A DNA stretch of 64,000 nt from Candidatus Multivoradales bacterium. GTDB taxonomy: Bacteria > Acidobacteriota > Thermoanaerobaculia > Multivoradales > JAHEKO01. The stretch spans positions 1 through 64,000 of the forward strand of contig CBDCVR010000015.1 in assembly GCA_965223155.1 (NCBI GenBank). Reading direction: 5' to 3'. The position numbers and the translations under genes were made by a program. Positions within the stretch are counted from its first letter, which is position 1. Each line of letters starts with the position of its first letter. Of the stretch, positions 46,941-57,297 are shown one piece after another. The notes under the pieces are model-generated. The model had not been told where the DNA came from and ran no database searches. It saw only the letters and a program-made list of their open reading frames with translations.

Positions 46941-48394
46941 CGGCGGTCCCCCGTCGCGGCCGACGCCGAGTGCCCCGCCAACGAGCGCGCCAGACCGACC
47001 GCCGCCAGCAGAGCCGCCGCCTTGTCCCGCGTTTCGCGCTCCTCTCTGGCGGGATCCGAGTCGGCCACGATGCCGGCGCCGGCGGTCACCCGCAGTGTGT
47101 CGTCCCGGACAACAAACGTCCGCAACGTGATGCAGGTATCCATGTCGCCGGTAAAGGCAAGGTAGCCGACCGCGCCCGCATACGGCCCTCGGGCCACCGG
47201 CTCGAGCTCGTCGATGATCTGGATGGCGCGGATCTTGGGCGCCCCGGACACGGTGCCGGCGGGAAAGCAGGCCAGGAGCGCGTCCAGAGCCTCGATCCCG
47301 TCCTCCAGCTCGGCTTCCACCCCGGACACCAGATGCATGACGTGACTGTAGCGCTCGATCTCGCGAAACGTGGGCACGCGGACGGTGCCCGGCACCGCCA
47401 CCTTGCCCACGTCGTTACGGCCCAGGTCGACCAGCATCAGGTGCTCGGCGGACTCCTTGGCGTCGGCGGCCAGCTCCTCGGCCAAGCGGCGATCTTCCTC
47501 GGCGGTCTTGCCCCGGCGGCGGGTGCCGGCGATCGGGCGGGTCTCGATCCGGCTTCCGGCCTTGCGCGCCAACATCTCGGGTGAGGCTCCGACCAGGGCC
47601 GCCTCGGGCGTCTCGAGCAGAACCATGTACGGGCTCGGATTCACCGCGCGCAGCGCCCGGTAGAGATCGAGTGGCGCCATCTCTCCCAGATCCAAGTCGA
47701 AATGACGCGCCAACACCACTTGGAACACGTCGCCCGCTGCGATCCACTCGCGCGCTCGCTCCACCGCCTCGCCGTAGTCGGAGTCCGACAGGCTGGAGCG
47801 GGCGGCCGGAGGCTCTCCGGGTTCCACGAGCGGCTCGGCTCCGCGCGGCCTGCCGGCCTCCGCGAGCAGATCGGAGAGCCGGTCGAGGTCGCGGCGCGCC
47901 TCGACCTCGGACACTTCGCCTTCGATCTCATTGGCGACGGCTACGACCCGCTGGCGGGCGCGGTCGAAGACGACCAGATTGTCGAACCGCCCCAGAAACG
48001 CGGCAGGCAGGCCTTCCGGATCGGGCGGCCGGTCTGGCAGGTGCTCGATCCAGCGCACCAGATCGAAGCCGAAATAGCCCAGATAGCCACCGGCGAACGG
48101 CAGCTCCGCGATCTCGGACGGTTCGGAGCGCACCGCCTCGAGCTCACGCCGCAGGGCGGCGATCGGGTCGTCGCCGGACACGGCCTCGCCGTCGATCCGA
48201 AGCGACTCGTCGTCGAGCTCGACGACGCGGCGCGGCCCGCACCCGAGGAAGCTATAGCGCGAGACATGCTCGCCGCCGGTGACGCTCTCGAGCAGGAACC
48301 TCACCGGCGACAGCTTGGCCAGGCGCTCGGAGACGCCGACCGGCGTCAGCGCGTCCGCCAGGAACTCTCGGAGGTGCGGACGGGCGCGCCTCAT
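46937..48394 (-). CDS. trpE: Anthranilate synthase component I
   Basis: LLES, NPSPYM, SPE, PIAGT, EHLMLVDLGRND, PAGTVSGAPK, AGAGIV. Confidence 0.93.
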   Translation of the reverse strand: MRRARPHLREFLADALTPVGVSERLAKLSPVRFLLESVTGGEHVSRYSFLGCGPRRVVELDDESLRIDGEAVSGDDPIAALRRELEAVRSEPSEIAELPFAGGYLGYFGFDLVRWIEHLPDRPPDPEGLPAAFLGRFDNLVVFDRARQRVVAVANEIEGEVSEVEARRDLDRLSDLLAEAGRPRGAEPLVEPGEPPAARSSLSDSDYGEAVERAREWIAAGDVFQVVLARHFDLDLGEMAPLDLYRALRAVNPSPYMVLLETPEAALVGASPEMLARKAGSRIETRPIAGTRRRGKTAEEDRRLAEELAADAKESAEHLMLVDLGRNDVGKVAVPGTVRVPTFREIERYSHVMHLVSGVEAELEDGIEALDALLACFPAGTVSGAPKIRAIQIIDELEPVARGPYAGAVGYLAFTGDMDTCITLRTFVVRDDTLRVTAGAGIVADSDPAREERETRDKAAALLAAVGLARSLAGHSASAATGDRR

Positions 48395-49911
48395 CCGTCC
48401 CCCTCCGGGGCGCCTGCGGGCCCGAGGCCCAGAGCGCGGGCGGCCGCCTCACGGTCCAGCTCCCGGCCGGTCATCAAGCGAAACTGGGATACCGCCTGGT
48501 GCAACAGCATCTCGCGGCCGTCGATCACCCGCACTCCCCGGATGGCGAGCTCCGCCGCAAGGCCCGTCCGCCGATCCCGGCTGTAGGTCATGTCGAGCAC
48601 CACCGGCGCCCGCCTGTCGGCCTCGACCGCTTGCGGGCCGAAGACCCCAGCGTCCCGAGCAGCACCCAGCGGCGTGGCGTTGACTACGAGATCGAAGTCC
48701 GTGGGCCGGAAGGCTCCGAGCTCCAGGTACTCCGCGCCCAGCTCGCGAGCCACCCTCGAGCCCCTTGCCGCGCTCCGGTTGACCAAGGTCACCGAAGCTC
48801 CCTCGGCAGCCAGAGCCAGAATCGCCGCCTTGCCCGCGCCGCCCGCGCCCACCACCGCCGCCTTGCGCCCGAACGGCGAGAGCGCGTGCGCGGCGAGCGC
48901 GCCCATCACCCCCTCGGGATCGGTGCTCTCGGCCTCCCAGACCCCCTGCCGCCGCACCAGGGTGTTGGCCGCGCCGAGGCGCTCGACCAGGGGACTGGCG
49001 GCGCCGGCAACCGCCGCCGCGATTTCCTTGAAGGGAGCCGTCACGCTGAGGCCGGACAGCTCGAAGCCCACCTCGCGCAGGCCCCGGCCTTCGACCACGT
49101 CGAGCCAGAAGTCTCCGAAGACGGGCACCTCGAAGGGCAGGTACAGCGCCTCGATCCCGAGCTGCCGGTACATCGTGTTGTAGAGGCGGGGCGAGAGGCT
49201 GTGAAGCGCCGGCCGGCCCACAATTCCGAACAAGCGTTCCGCCGGCGCCTGCCGGGGCAGGCCGTAGTCCACCACCAGCTGGGCGACCGAGAACTGGCCC
49301 GCGGCCGCCGGCTCGGGCTGGCATTGAGCGTAGATCCAGCCTGAGCCCAGGCGCGGCGCCAGCAACCGGGTCCACGCCCCGGCGTTTCCGGCGGCGAAGG
49401 CCACGATCCGATCGCGAGCCTCGGGCGCGGTTGCCGGCAGGGCCAGCGGCGCCAGCCCCTCGACCGGGCGCTCGATCCAGCTCACCAGCTTGTAGAGCGC
49501 CGCTTCGGTTTCGAGCATGGCGGCCAAGCGGCCGCGCAGGCTCGGCAGGTCGCCGCCCCGGCCATGCCAGGACAGGATGCGGCGTTCCGGCGGCACGGCT
49601 TCGAGCACCTCCGGAACCAGATCGCGATCGGCCTCGAGGTCGATCCACTCGAACCGCCCGGCTGCCGCCCGCAGCTGCCGGGCCCGCGCCGCCGGTTCCT
49701 GGGGACCGCGACCGCCCTCGGTCTGGCTGCGCAGGGTGAAGATCATGGGTTTGCCCACGAGCGACCGGGCCAACGCCGGATCCTCGCTGCCGAGGAGATC
49801 CGCTCGCCACTCCAGGGCGTGCGCAGGCTCGACTCCGGGCACCTCGCCGGCCGCCCGCACCGGCGAAGTCAGGCAGGCAACGAGGAAGGCGTCCCCAGGC
49901 CGGGCGCTCAT
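48391..49911 (-). CDS. Bifunctional type I 3-dehydroquinate dehydratase / shikimate dehydrogenase (AroD-AroE fusion)
   Basis: EWRAD, LRSQTEGG, DLE, SWH, AAAGQ; then HSLSP, SVTAPFK, AANT, GAGGAG, NATPLG. Confidence 0.87.
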   Translation of the reverse strand: MSARPGDAFLVACLTSPVRAAGEVPGVEPAHALEWRADLLGSEDPALARSLVGKPMIFTLRSQTEGGRGPQEPAARARQLRAAAGRFEWIDLEADRDLVPEVLEAVPPERRILSWHGRGGDLPSLRGRLAAMLETEAALYKLVSWIERPVEGLAPLALPATAPEARDRIVAFAAGNAGAWTRLLAPRLGSGWIYAQCQPEPAAAGQFSVAQLVVDYGLPRQAPAERLFGIVGRPALHSLSPRLYNTMYRQLGIEALYLPFEVPVFGDFWLDVVEGRGLREVGFELSGLSVTAPFKEIAAAVAGAASPLVERLGAANTLVRRQGVWEAESTDPEGVMGALAAHALSPFGRKAAVVGAGGAGKAAILALAAEGASVTLVNRSAARGSRVARELGAEYLELGAFRPTDFDLVVNATPLGAARDAGVFGPQAVEADRRAPVVLDMTYSRDRRTGLAAELAIRGVRVIDGREMLLHQAVSQFRLMTGRELDREAAARALGLGPAGAPEGDG

Positions 49912-50068
49912 GATCGCTCCGGCTCGAGCGGTCGGCTCGCGGTGCCCGCGCCGCGCGCAAACGGTTCGGTCTCTGACGGCCTGCTCATCGGTTTCGGCGC
50001 TCCGCGCAAAGGCTGAAGGATACCTCGGCATGCCTTGATACCATCGCGCCCGTTCCGAGGACTTTTCT

Positions 50069-51733
50069 ATGGCGAATTCTCGAGAGATTCTGGATCTGGA
50101 CGTCGTTTTTGTGGGCGCGGGACCGGCCGGTCTGGCCGGTGCCTACCGCCTGGGCGAGCTGGTCCAGAACCACAACGAGGCCGGGGGGTCGCTCGAGGTT
50201 TCGATCGCCGTCCTGGAGAAGGGGCAGGAGCTGGGAAGCCACGCCCTGTCCGGAGCGGTGGTGGATCCACGCGCCTTCCGCGAGCTCTACGAGGACTGGC
50301 GCTCGGCGCCTTTCGAGGCTCCGGTCGAGGACGAGGAGCTCGCCTGGATGACCGCCAAGCGCTCCCTGTCCCTGCCGATCCCACCTCAGCTCGAGAACGA
50401 CGGCAAGTACGTAGCCTCGCTGGGCAAGCTCGTCAAATGGATGGGCGAGCAGTGCGAATCGGTCGGTGTCGACGTCTTCTGCGAGTTCCCGGCCGCCAAA
50501 GTGCTGACCGAGAAGGATCGGGTGATCGGCGTCCGCACCGGCGACCGCGGCATCGGCCACGACGGTGAGCGCAAGGCCAACTACGAGCCCGGCGTGGACA
50601 TCCACACCCGCGCCCTGGTCCTGGCCGAGGGCCCGCGCGGCACCCTCGCCAAGCAGCTCGAGGACCGGTTCGATCTCACCCGCGGCGCCAACCCGCAGGT
50701 CTACGCGGTGGGCGTCAAGGAGGTCTGGGAGCTTCCCGAGGGCCGTATCCGGCCGGGTCAGGTCCTTCATACGATGGGCTGGCCCCTCGACCTGAAGACC
50801 TTCGGCGGCGGCTTCCTCTACGGCATGCGCGACGATCTCTTGATCGCCGGGCTGGTCGTGGGCCTCGACTACGAGAACCCCTGGCTGGATCCCCATCTCG
50901 AGTTCCAGCGCTTGAAGACGCATCCCAAGCTCGCCCGCCTCCTCGAAGGCGGCAAGATGCTTTATTACGGCGCCAAGGCCATTCCGGAAGGCGGCTGGTT
51001 CTCGCGGCCCCAGTCGAGCGGCGACGGCTTTCTCATTACCGGCGACTCGGCCGGGCTGGTCAACGCGATGCGGCTCAAGGGCATCCACCTGGCGATGAAG
51101 TCCGGCATGCTGGCGGCGGAGACTGTCTTCACCGGCCTGCTCGAAGACCGGTTGGACGCCGACGGCCTGGCTCGTTACGACGCCGCCGTCGAAGCCAGTT
51201 GGATCCGGGACGAGCTCTGGGAAGTCCGCAACTTCCACCAGGCTTTCGACTACGGCGCCCTGGCGGGCATGGCCCAGACCGGCCTCGGAATGCTGACCAA
51301 CGGCGCGGGCTTCGGCCTGGTGAACCGGCTTCGTACCCGCCCCGGCCACGAGCGCATGCGCCGCGTCGATCAGCCGGGCAGCCGCCAGCCCGACCCCGTG
51401 GCTTTCGACGGCACGCTGACCTTCGACAAGCTGGCCAACGTCTATAACTCCGGCGCCGCCCATGCCGAGGACCAGCCGGCGCATCTCTTGGTTGCCGACA
51501 CCGATCTGTGCATCCACCAGTGCGCTCGCGAGTTCGCCAACCCTTGCCAGCGCTTCTGCCCGGCCGGGGTCTACGAGATGGTCGAGGACGAAGCTTCGCC
51601 AACGGGCAAGCGCCTGCAGATCAACTTTTCGAACTGCGTCCACTGCAAGACCTGCGACATCATGGATCCCTACCAGGTCATCACCTGGGTGCCGCCGGAG
51701 GGGGGCGGCGGACCCAACTACGGCAAGATGTAG
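50069..51733 (+). CDS. Electron transfer flavoprotein-quinone oxidoreductase
   Basis: GAGPAG, LAEG.RG, GGGFLY, GDSAG, KGIHLAMKSG, FCPAGVYE, NCVHCKTCD. Confidence 0.95.
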   Translation: MANSREILDLDVVFVGAGPAGLAGAYRLGELVQNHNEAGGSLEVSIAVLEKGQELGSHALSGAVVDPRAFRELYEDWRSAPFEAPVEDEELAWMTAKRSLSLPIPPQLENDGKYVASLGKLVKWMGEQCESVGVDVFCEFPAAKVLTEKDRVIGVRTGDRGIGHDGERKANYEPGVDIHTRALVLAEGPRGTLAKQLEDRFDLTRGANPQVYAVGVKEVWELPEGRIRPGQVLHTMGWPLDLKTFGGGFLYGMRDDLLIAGLVVGLDYENPWLDPHLEFQRLKTHPKLARLLEGGKMLYYGAKAIPEGGWFSRPQSSGDGFLITGDSAGLVNAMRLKGIHLAMKSGMLAAETVFTGLLEDRLDADGLARYDAAVEASWIRDELWEVRNFHQAFDYGALAGMAQTGLGMLTNGAGFGLVNRLRTRPGHERMRRVDQPGSRQPDPVAFDGTLTFDKLANVYNSGAAHAEDQPAHLLVADTDLCIHQCAREFANPCQRFCPAGVYEMVEDEASPTGKRLQINFSNCVHCKTCDIMDPYQVITWVPPEGGGGPNYGKM

Positions 51734-51894
51734 CGCCCCGCACGCCGGAGCTGGGCGGCGCGTTGCCGCCTTGGCGCACGCTCGCCGCGCGCGGTCCAAC
51801 CGAGGGCGCGCGCGCTGGCGATCCCGAGCGCCCCGGCTCCGAGCGGCTCCCAGCGTCTCCGAGCGGCGCCGTCCGGTAGAATCGTCCGCCAGCG

Positions 51895-52335
51895 ATGCAC
51901 AACCTCTTGCGACCGGGGACCGTCCAGGCGATTCAGGAGCGCCTGACCCGCATCGGGCCCGACTCGAAGGCCCGCTGGGGCCGCATGAACGCCGGCCAGA
52001 TGCTTACCCACTGCGCCGCGCAGCTCGAGCTCGCGACCGGCGAGATCAGAACCGAGGCCCGGCGCAGCCCGCTGGGCTGGCCACTGGTCAAGCACGCCCT
52101 GATTTACTTCGTTCCCTGGCCCAAGAACGCTCCAACGGCGCCGGCCCTGCTGCGGCCGGACCCCGACCAGCTGGCCGCGGCGCGCGAAGCGCTGAGCGCC
52201 GCCGTCGATCGGTTTCGCAGCCATTCGGCATCACGGCTCGGGGTCCATCCCTTGTTCGGGCGGCTCTCGCGCAGGACCTGGGGACGGCTCGCCTTCCGCC
52301 ACCTGGACCACCATCTCCGGCAGTTCGGTGTCTGA
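51895..52335 (+). CDS. DUF1569 / DinB-like protein
   Basis: WGRMNAGQMLTHC, HPLFG, HLDHHLRQFGV. Confidence 0.88.
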   Translation: MHNLLRPGTVQAIQERLTRIGPDSKARWGRMNAGQMLTHCAAQLELATGEIRTEARRSPLGWPLVKHALIYFVPWPKNAPTAPALLRPDPDQLAAAREALSAAVDRFRSHSASRLGVHPLFGRLSRRTWGRLAFRHLDHHLRQFGV

Positions 52336-52786
52336 GGATTCCGCCGCGCCCCCGGCGGTCGTCGGGCTCCTCGCCGACTACCCGGTGGTGATTCCGGCCA
52401 CCGTCTTCTGGGCGGACATGGACGCCTACGGCCACGTCAACAACACCGTGTATCTCAAATGGTTCGAGAGCGCGCGGATCGCCTACTTCGAGACCATCGG
52501 CTTTTCCGAGCACAAGGCCGACACCGGCATCGGTCCGATCCTGGCCTCGACCCGGTGCAAGTTCCTGTTGCCGATGACGTACCCGGACACCGCGTGGGTG
52601 GGCGGCCGCGCGGGAGACCTCGAAGCCGATCGCTTCGTCATGCACTACGCCGTCGCCACCCAGCGGCACGAGCGTCTGGCGGCGGTCGGCGAAGGCCTGA
52701 TTGTGGCCTACGACTACAGGCGGCTGGAAAAGGCCGGCCTGCCGGTGGAGATCGCCGAAGCGATCACCACCCTGGAAGGCTCCTAG
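52328..52786 (+). CDS. Acyl-CoA thioesterase (4HBT/YbgC-like)
   Basis: DMDAYGHVNNTVYLKWFESAR. Confidence 0.9.
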   Translation: MSEDSAAPPAVVGLLADYPVVIPATVFWADMDAYGHVNNTVYLKWFESARIAYFETIGFSEHKADTGIGPILASTRCKFLLPMTYPDTAWVGGRAGDLEADRFVMHYAVATQRHERLAAVGEGLIVAYDYRRLEKAGLPVEIAEAITTLEGS

Positions 52787-52846
52787 AGCGGCCGAGGCGG
52801 GACCGCGACCGGCCCCGGGAAGCCGGGACCAAACCGTGCCGTGCCG

Positions 52847-54088
52847 CTACCCGGTATAGCGCGCCAGGACCAGGGCGCCGTTGGTGCCGCCGAAGCCGAA
52901 GGAATTGGTCAGGGCCGCGTCCAGGCGCATCTCCCGCGCTTCGCCGGGGACGAAGTCCAGATCGCAGCCCTCGCCCGGGTGCTCGAGATTGAGCGTCGGC
53001 GGCACCGTCTGGTGCCGTACCGCAAGGGCCAGGATTCCGGTCTCCAGCCCCCCGGCGGCGCCCAGAAGATGGCCGGTGGCGGACTTGGTGGACGACACCG
53101 CCAGCCCGTCGGCCTCGGCCCCGAACACCGTGCGGATCGCCCGCACCTCGCTGATGTCGCCGAGCGGCGTCGACGTGCCGTGCGCGTTGATGTATTGCAC
53201 GCCATCGGCGCCCAGGCGGGCGTCCGCGAGCGCCAGGCGCATGACCTCGGCCGCGCCTTCGCCCTCGGGATGGGGGGCCGAGATGTGATGAGCGTCGCCG
53301 CTCATGCCGTAGCCGGCGACTTCGGCGTAGATCTCGGCACCGCGGCTGCGGGCGGCGTCAAGCTCCTCGAGCACGACGACACCGGCACCTTCGGCGATGA
53401 CGAAGCCGTCGCGATCGCGGTCCCACGGGCGGGAAGCCCGCTCGGGCTCGTCATTGCGCGTCGAGAGCGCCTTCATCGCGGTGAAGCCGGAGATCCCCAG
53501 GGGTGTCACCGGCGCCTCGGTTCCGCCGGCGATCATGGCGTCGGCATAGCCGTAGCGGATCAGGCGCGCGGCGTCGCCGATGGCGTGGAGACCGGTGGTA
53601 CAGGCCGTGGCCGGCGCCGCGTTCGGCCCGGTGGCTCCGAACCGGATCGACACGTGGCCGGCGGCCATGTTCGCCGCCAGGCTGGGAATGAGAAAGGGAC
53701 TCACCCGGCGCGGCCCCCGCTCCACCAGGGTCCGTAGGTTGTCCTCGATGGTCTGGAGGCCACCGACGCCGGAGCCGATCACGACCCCGACGCGATGCCC
53801 ACCCAGGGACTCGACCGAGAAGTCGGCGTCGTCAACCGCGAACTGCGCGGCCGCCAGGGCGTAGCGAATGAAGGCATCGGTACGCCGGATCGCACGAGGA
53901 TTCAAGAACTGGGTGGGGTCGAAATCCGGAACCTCGCCCGCGATCTTGCTCGCAAACGCCTCCGGATCGAACCCCTGAATCGTGCGGATCCCGGACTTGC
54001 CCTGGATCAGGGCCGACCATGTCGCTTCGGTCCCGACCGCCAGCGGCGAGACCAGTCCAACCCCGGTGATAACGACTCGCCGGCTCAT
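52847..54088 (-). CDS. fabF: 3-oxoacyl-ACP synthase II
   Basis: RRVVITG, TACTTG, NAHGTST, GHLLGAAG, NSFGFGG. Confidence 0.96.
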   Translation of the reverse strand: MSRRVVITGVGLVSPLAVGTEATWSALIQGKSGIRTIQGFDPEAFASKIAGEVPDFDPTQFLNPRAIRRTDAFIRYALAAAQFAVDDADFSVESLGGHRVGVVIGSGVGGLQTIEDNLRTLVERGPRRVSPFLIPSLAANMAAGHVSIRFGATGPNAAPATACTTGLHAIGDAARLIRYGYADAMIAGGTEAPVTPLGISGFTAMKALSTRNDEPERASRPWDRDRDGFVIAEGAGVVVLEELDAARSRGAEIYAEVAGYGMSGDAHHISAPHPEGEGAAEVMRLALADARLGADGVQYINAHGTSTPLGDISEVRAIRTVFGAEADGLAVSSTKSATGHLLGAAGGLETGILALAVRHQTVPPTLNLEHPGEGCDLDFVPGEAREMRLDAALTNSFGFGGTNGALVLARYTG

Positions 54089-54139
54089 GCCGACTCTTCG
54101 GCGCCGGTCCGGAACCGGCACTCCCGAGCCTCCCTCTGC

Positions 54140-54379
54140 TTAGTCGGAGTCCGCGTTGGCGGTGATGTAGTCGATCGCCTGCTTCACGCTGGCGATCTTC
54201 TCGGCATCCTCGTCTGGAATCTCGACGCCGAATTCCTCCTCGAGCGCCATGACCAGCTCGACGACGTCGAGCGAATCCGCTCCCAGATCATCGGTAAAGC
54301 TGGCTTCCGGAGTCACCTGGTCGCCATCGACTCCCAGCTGCTCGACAATAAGACTCGTAACTTTTTCCGCAACATCCAT
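54140..54379 (-). CDS. acpP: Acyl carrier protein
   Basis: [20 protein letters not shown]; AGGAG RBS. Confidence 0.97.
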   Translation of the reverse strand: MDVAEKVTSLIVEQLGVDGDQVTPEASFTDDLGADSLDVVELVMALEEEFGVEIPDEDAEKIASVKQAIDYITANADSD

Positions 54380-54516
54380 CGTATTTTCTCCTTGGAATTT
54401 GGTGGCCCGCCGGGCGGTGCCGGTGGCCGCGAGCACGTAGGGAAACCAAGCGCGCTCGGACCGTATTGTATCTCGATTGCCCTTCCGGGCGAGCCTTTGG
54501 ACTCCCGCGCGAAGCT

Positions 54517-55266
54517 CTAGATGTAGAGCCCGCCGGAGACGTTCAAGACGTGTCCGGTCACATACCCCGCTTCTTCGCTTGCGAGATACAGGGCCGCGCC
54601 GGCGATGTCGTCCACGGTACCCAAACGCTTGACGGGGATCGAAGATTCCAGGCCGCTCTTGGCCGCTTCTGGTAAATCCTCGGTCATGGCCGTGGCCACA
54701 TAGCCCGGCGCGATCACGTTGACGGTGACCCCGCGGCTCGCCAATTCACGCGCGAGGGCCTTGGAAAAGCCGATCAGGCCGGCCTTGGCGGCGGCGTAGT
54801 TGGCCTGCCCGGCGTTTCCCATGAGCCCGACCACCGACGAAACGTTGAGGATGCGTCCCCAGCGTCGTTTCATCATGCCGCGAGTCAGGGCCCGGGTGAC
54901 GGCGTAGGCTCCGGTCAGGTTGGTCCGAAGCACCCGCTCCCACTCCTCGAGGCTCATCCGCACGAAGAGGTTGTCGGCAGTGATCCCGGCGTTGTTGACC
55001 AGGACGTCGACGTCCCGAAAACCTTCCGGCAGATCCTTCAGCCGCTCCCCTACCGCCGCCGGATCCGCCAGATCCAGCGGAAAGGCGACCGCCTCGCCGC
55101 CGGTCTCCTGGATCCGCCCGGCCAGGTCGGCGAGCTTGTCCTCGCTCCTGGCAGCGGCCACGACCCGGGCGCCGGCCCCGGCCAGACGCAGGGCGATGGC
55201 CTCACCGATGCCCTGGGATGCGCCGGTTACGAGCGCCGTTCTTCCATCCAATCGAAACGCGGTCAT
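54517..55266 (-). CDS. fabG: 3-oxoacyl-ACP reductase
   Basis: [19 protein letters not shown]. Confidence 0.95.
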   Translation of the reverse strand: MTAFRLDGRTALVTGASQGIGEAIALRLAGAGARVVAAARSEDKLADLAGRIQETGGEAVAFPLDLADPAAVGERLKDLPEGFRDVDVLVNNAGITADNLFVRMSLEEWERVLRTNLTGAYAVTRALTRGMMKRRWGRILNVSSVVGLMGNAGQANYAAAKAGLIGFSKALARELASRGVTVNVIAPGYVATAMTEDLPEAAKSGLESSIPVKRLGTVDDIAGAALYLASEEAGYVTGHVLNVSGGLYI

Positions 55267-56261
55267 GACGTCTCTCCTTCGAGGGCCGCCTCAAGCGCGT
55301 CGAGCGCCTTCGGTTCGGCCAGGCTGACCGAGCGGGCGGCCCGCTCGATCCTGCGTACGAGGCCCGAGAGCACCGCACCCGGCCCGATTTCGACGAACAC
55401 CGAGACTCCATCGCCGTCCAGCATGGACCGTACCGACTCGACCCAGCGCACCGGGCCGTCGACCTGCCGGACGAGGGCGGATCGTGCCTCGTCACCAGTG
55501 GTAACGGCGCGGGCGTCCACGTTGGTCACGATCGGTATCGCCGGGTCCGAAAATGCCGTCTCCGCCAGGAGCGGCTCCAGCCGCGCGCGTGCCGGCGCCA
55601 TCAGCGGAGAGTGGAACGGAGCCGAGACCGGCAGCAGAACCGCGCGGCGGGCGCCCCGCTCCTTGGCCAACTCGACCGCGCGCTCGACCGCCGCCGCCTG
55701 ACCGGCGATGACGGTCTGGGCGGGCGCGTTGTAGTTGGCCGCGACACAGATTTCGTCCTCGGACGAGGCGTCCTTGGCCACCTCTTCGACCGCCGCCGCG
55801 TCCGGACCCAGGATCGCCGCCATCGCTCCCTCGCCGACCGGCACCGCCTCTTGCATGAAGCGGCCCCGGTGCCGCACCAGCCTGAGGGCGTCACCCAGCG
55901 TCAGCGTCCCCGCCGCCACCAGCGCCGAGTACTCTCCCAGGCTGTGCCCGGCGACGACTTCCGGCTGGGGGAGGCTGCCGCCAGCCGCCCGCAGGATCGC
56001 GACCGAACTCGCGAGGATCGCCGGCTGCGTGTTCTGGGTGAGGCGCAGCTCGTCCTCCGGCCCTTCCCAGCACAACTGGCTGAGAGCGAAGCCCAGAGCC
56101 TCATCGGCCTCTTCGAAGGTTCTCCGGGCCGCCGGAAACGCGTCCGCCCAGTCCCGGCCCATGCCCACCGCCTGGGATCCCTGCCCCGGGAAGACGAACG
56201 CGACCTTGATCCCGTTCGCCGCATCGGCCGCGGCCATCGTGTTGCCGGTGTCGGTGGTCAT
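55263..56261 (-). CDS. fabD: Malonyl-CoA:ACP transacylase
   Basis: FPGQGSQ, TQPAI, GHSLGEY, SAPFHS. Confidence 0.96.
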   Translation of the reverse strand: MTTDTGNTMAAADAANGIKVAFVFPGQGSQAVGMGRDWADAFPAARRTFEEADEALGFALSQLCWEGPEDELRLTQNTQPAILASSVAILRAAGGSLPQPEVVAGHSLGEYSALVAAGTLTLGDALRLVRHRGRFMQEAVPVGEGAMAAILGPDAAAVEEVAKDASSEDEICVAANYNAPAQTVIAGQAAAVERAVELAKERGARRAVLLPVSAPFHSPLMAPARARLEPLLAETAFSDPAIPIVTNVDARAVTTGDEARSALVRQVDGPVRWVESVRSMLDGDGVSVFVEIGPGAVLSGLVRRIERAARSVSLAEPKALDALEAALEGETS

Positions 56262-56289
56262 CCGTCCTATCAGAGCGCCTACCAGCCAA

Positions 56290-57297
56290 CTACCAGCGAG
56301 CCAGGGCCGCGCCCCAGGTCAGTCCAGACCCAAAGGCCGACATCAGAACCAACTGGCCGGCGGCGATCTTGCCAGCGCGGTTCAGCTCGTCCAGAGCGAT
56401 CGGAATCGAGGCCGCGGACGTGTTCCCGAAGCGCTCCACGTTGACGTAGGTCCGGCCGTCGGGGATGTCGAGCCGTTGGCCGACGGCATCGATGATTCTG
56501 CGGTTGGCCTGATGGGGAATGAACCAGTCGACCTGGTCGGGCCGCACCCTGCAGGCGTCCAGCACCTCGTTCGACACCTCCGCCAGGGAACGCACGGCGA
56601 CCTTGAAGGTCTCGTTGCCGCGCATCCGGATGTAGCCGAGCTCTCCGTTCTGCGTCGATTCGTTGATGGGGTGCCGGCTACCGCCCCCGGGGCGGTGGAT
56701 GAGACCGCCCAGGGCGCCGTCGCTGTGCATGGCGACGCCCAAGAGCCCACGCCCACTATCTTCCGCGCCGTTCGAGCCATCCGAGGCAGCAGCCTGGACC
56801 ACCACCGCGCCGGCTCCGTCACCGAAGAGCACCGAGGTCGAGCGCTCGGTGTAGTCGACGATCTTGGACAGCATCTCGCCGCCCAGGACCACCGCCGTTC
56901 TCGCGCTGCCGGCGGCGATCATGCTGCGCGCGATGCCCAGGCCGTAGACGAAGCCGGTGCACGCCGCCGACAGGTCGAAAGCGGCCGCGCTCTCGGCTCC
57001 GATGGCGTGCTGGACCTGGGTCGAGGTGGCCGGAAAGCTGGTGTCCGGCGTCACCGTCGCGACGATCACGAGATCCACCTCCGAGCCTTCGACGCCGGCG
57101 TCCTCGAGGGCCCGCCGGGCCGCCGGAATGGCGAAGTCCGACAGCGCCTCGTCGTCGGCCCCGATCCGCCGCTCCTTGATCCCGGTGCGGGCGGTGATCC
57201 ACTCGTCCGAGGTATCCACCATACGCTCGAAGTCGGCGTTGGTCAGGATCTTGTCCGGTACCGCGCTGCCGGTACCCAGGATTTTCGCTGTCGTCAT
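56290..57297 (-). CDS. fabH: 3-oxoacyl-ACP synthase III
   Basis: AACTGF, FGDGAGA, HQAN, GNTSAAS. Confidence 0.96.
   Translation of the reverse strand: MTTAKILGTGSAVPDKILTNADFERMVDTSDEWITARTGIKERRIGADDEALSDFAIPAARRALEDAGVEGSEVDLVIVATVTPDTSFPATSTQVQHAIGAESAAAFDLSAACTGFVYGLGIARSMIAAGSARTAVVLGGEMLSKIVDYTERSTSVLFGDGAGAVVVQAAASDGSNGAEDSGRGLLGVAMHSDGALGGLIHRPGGGSRHPINESTQNGELGYIRMRGNETFKVAVRSLAEVSNEVLDACRVRPDQVDWFIPHQANRRIIDAVGQRLDIPDGRTYVNVERFGNTSAASIPIALDELNRAGKIAAGQLVLMSAFGSGLTWGAALARW

Noticed and set aside
49912-50068. trp attenuator, leader peptide or T-box
   Set aside because: No short ORF with Trp codons and no terminator/antiterminator pair recognised.
50069-51733. ETF-QO without adjacent etfA/etfB
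   Set aside because: Separation from etfAB is common; not unusual.
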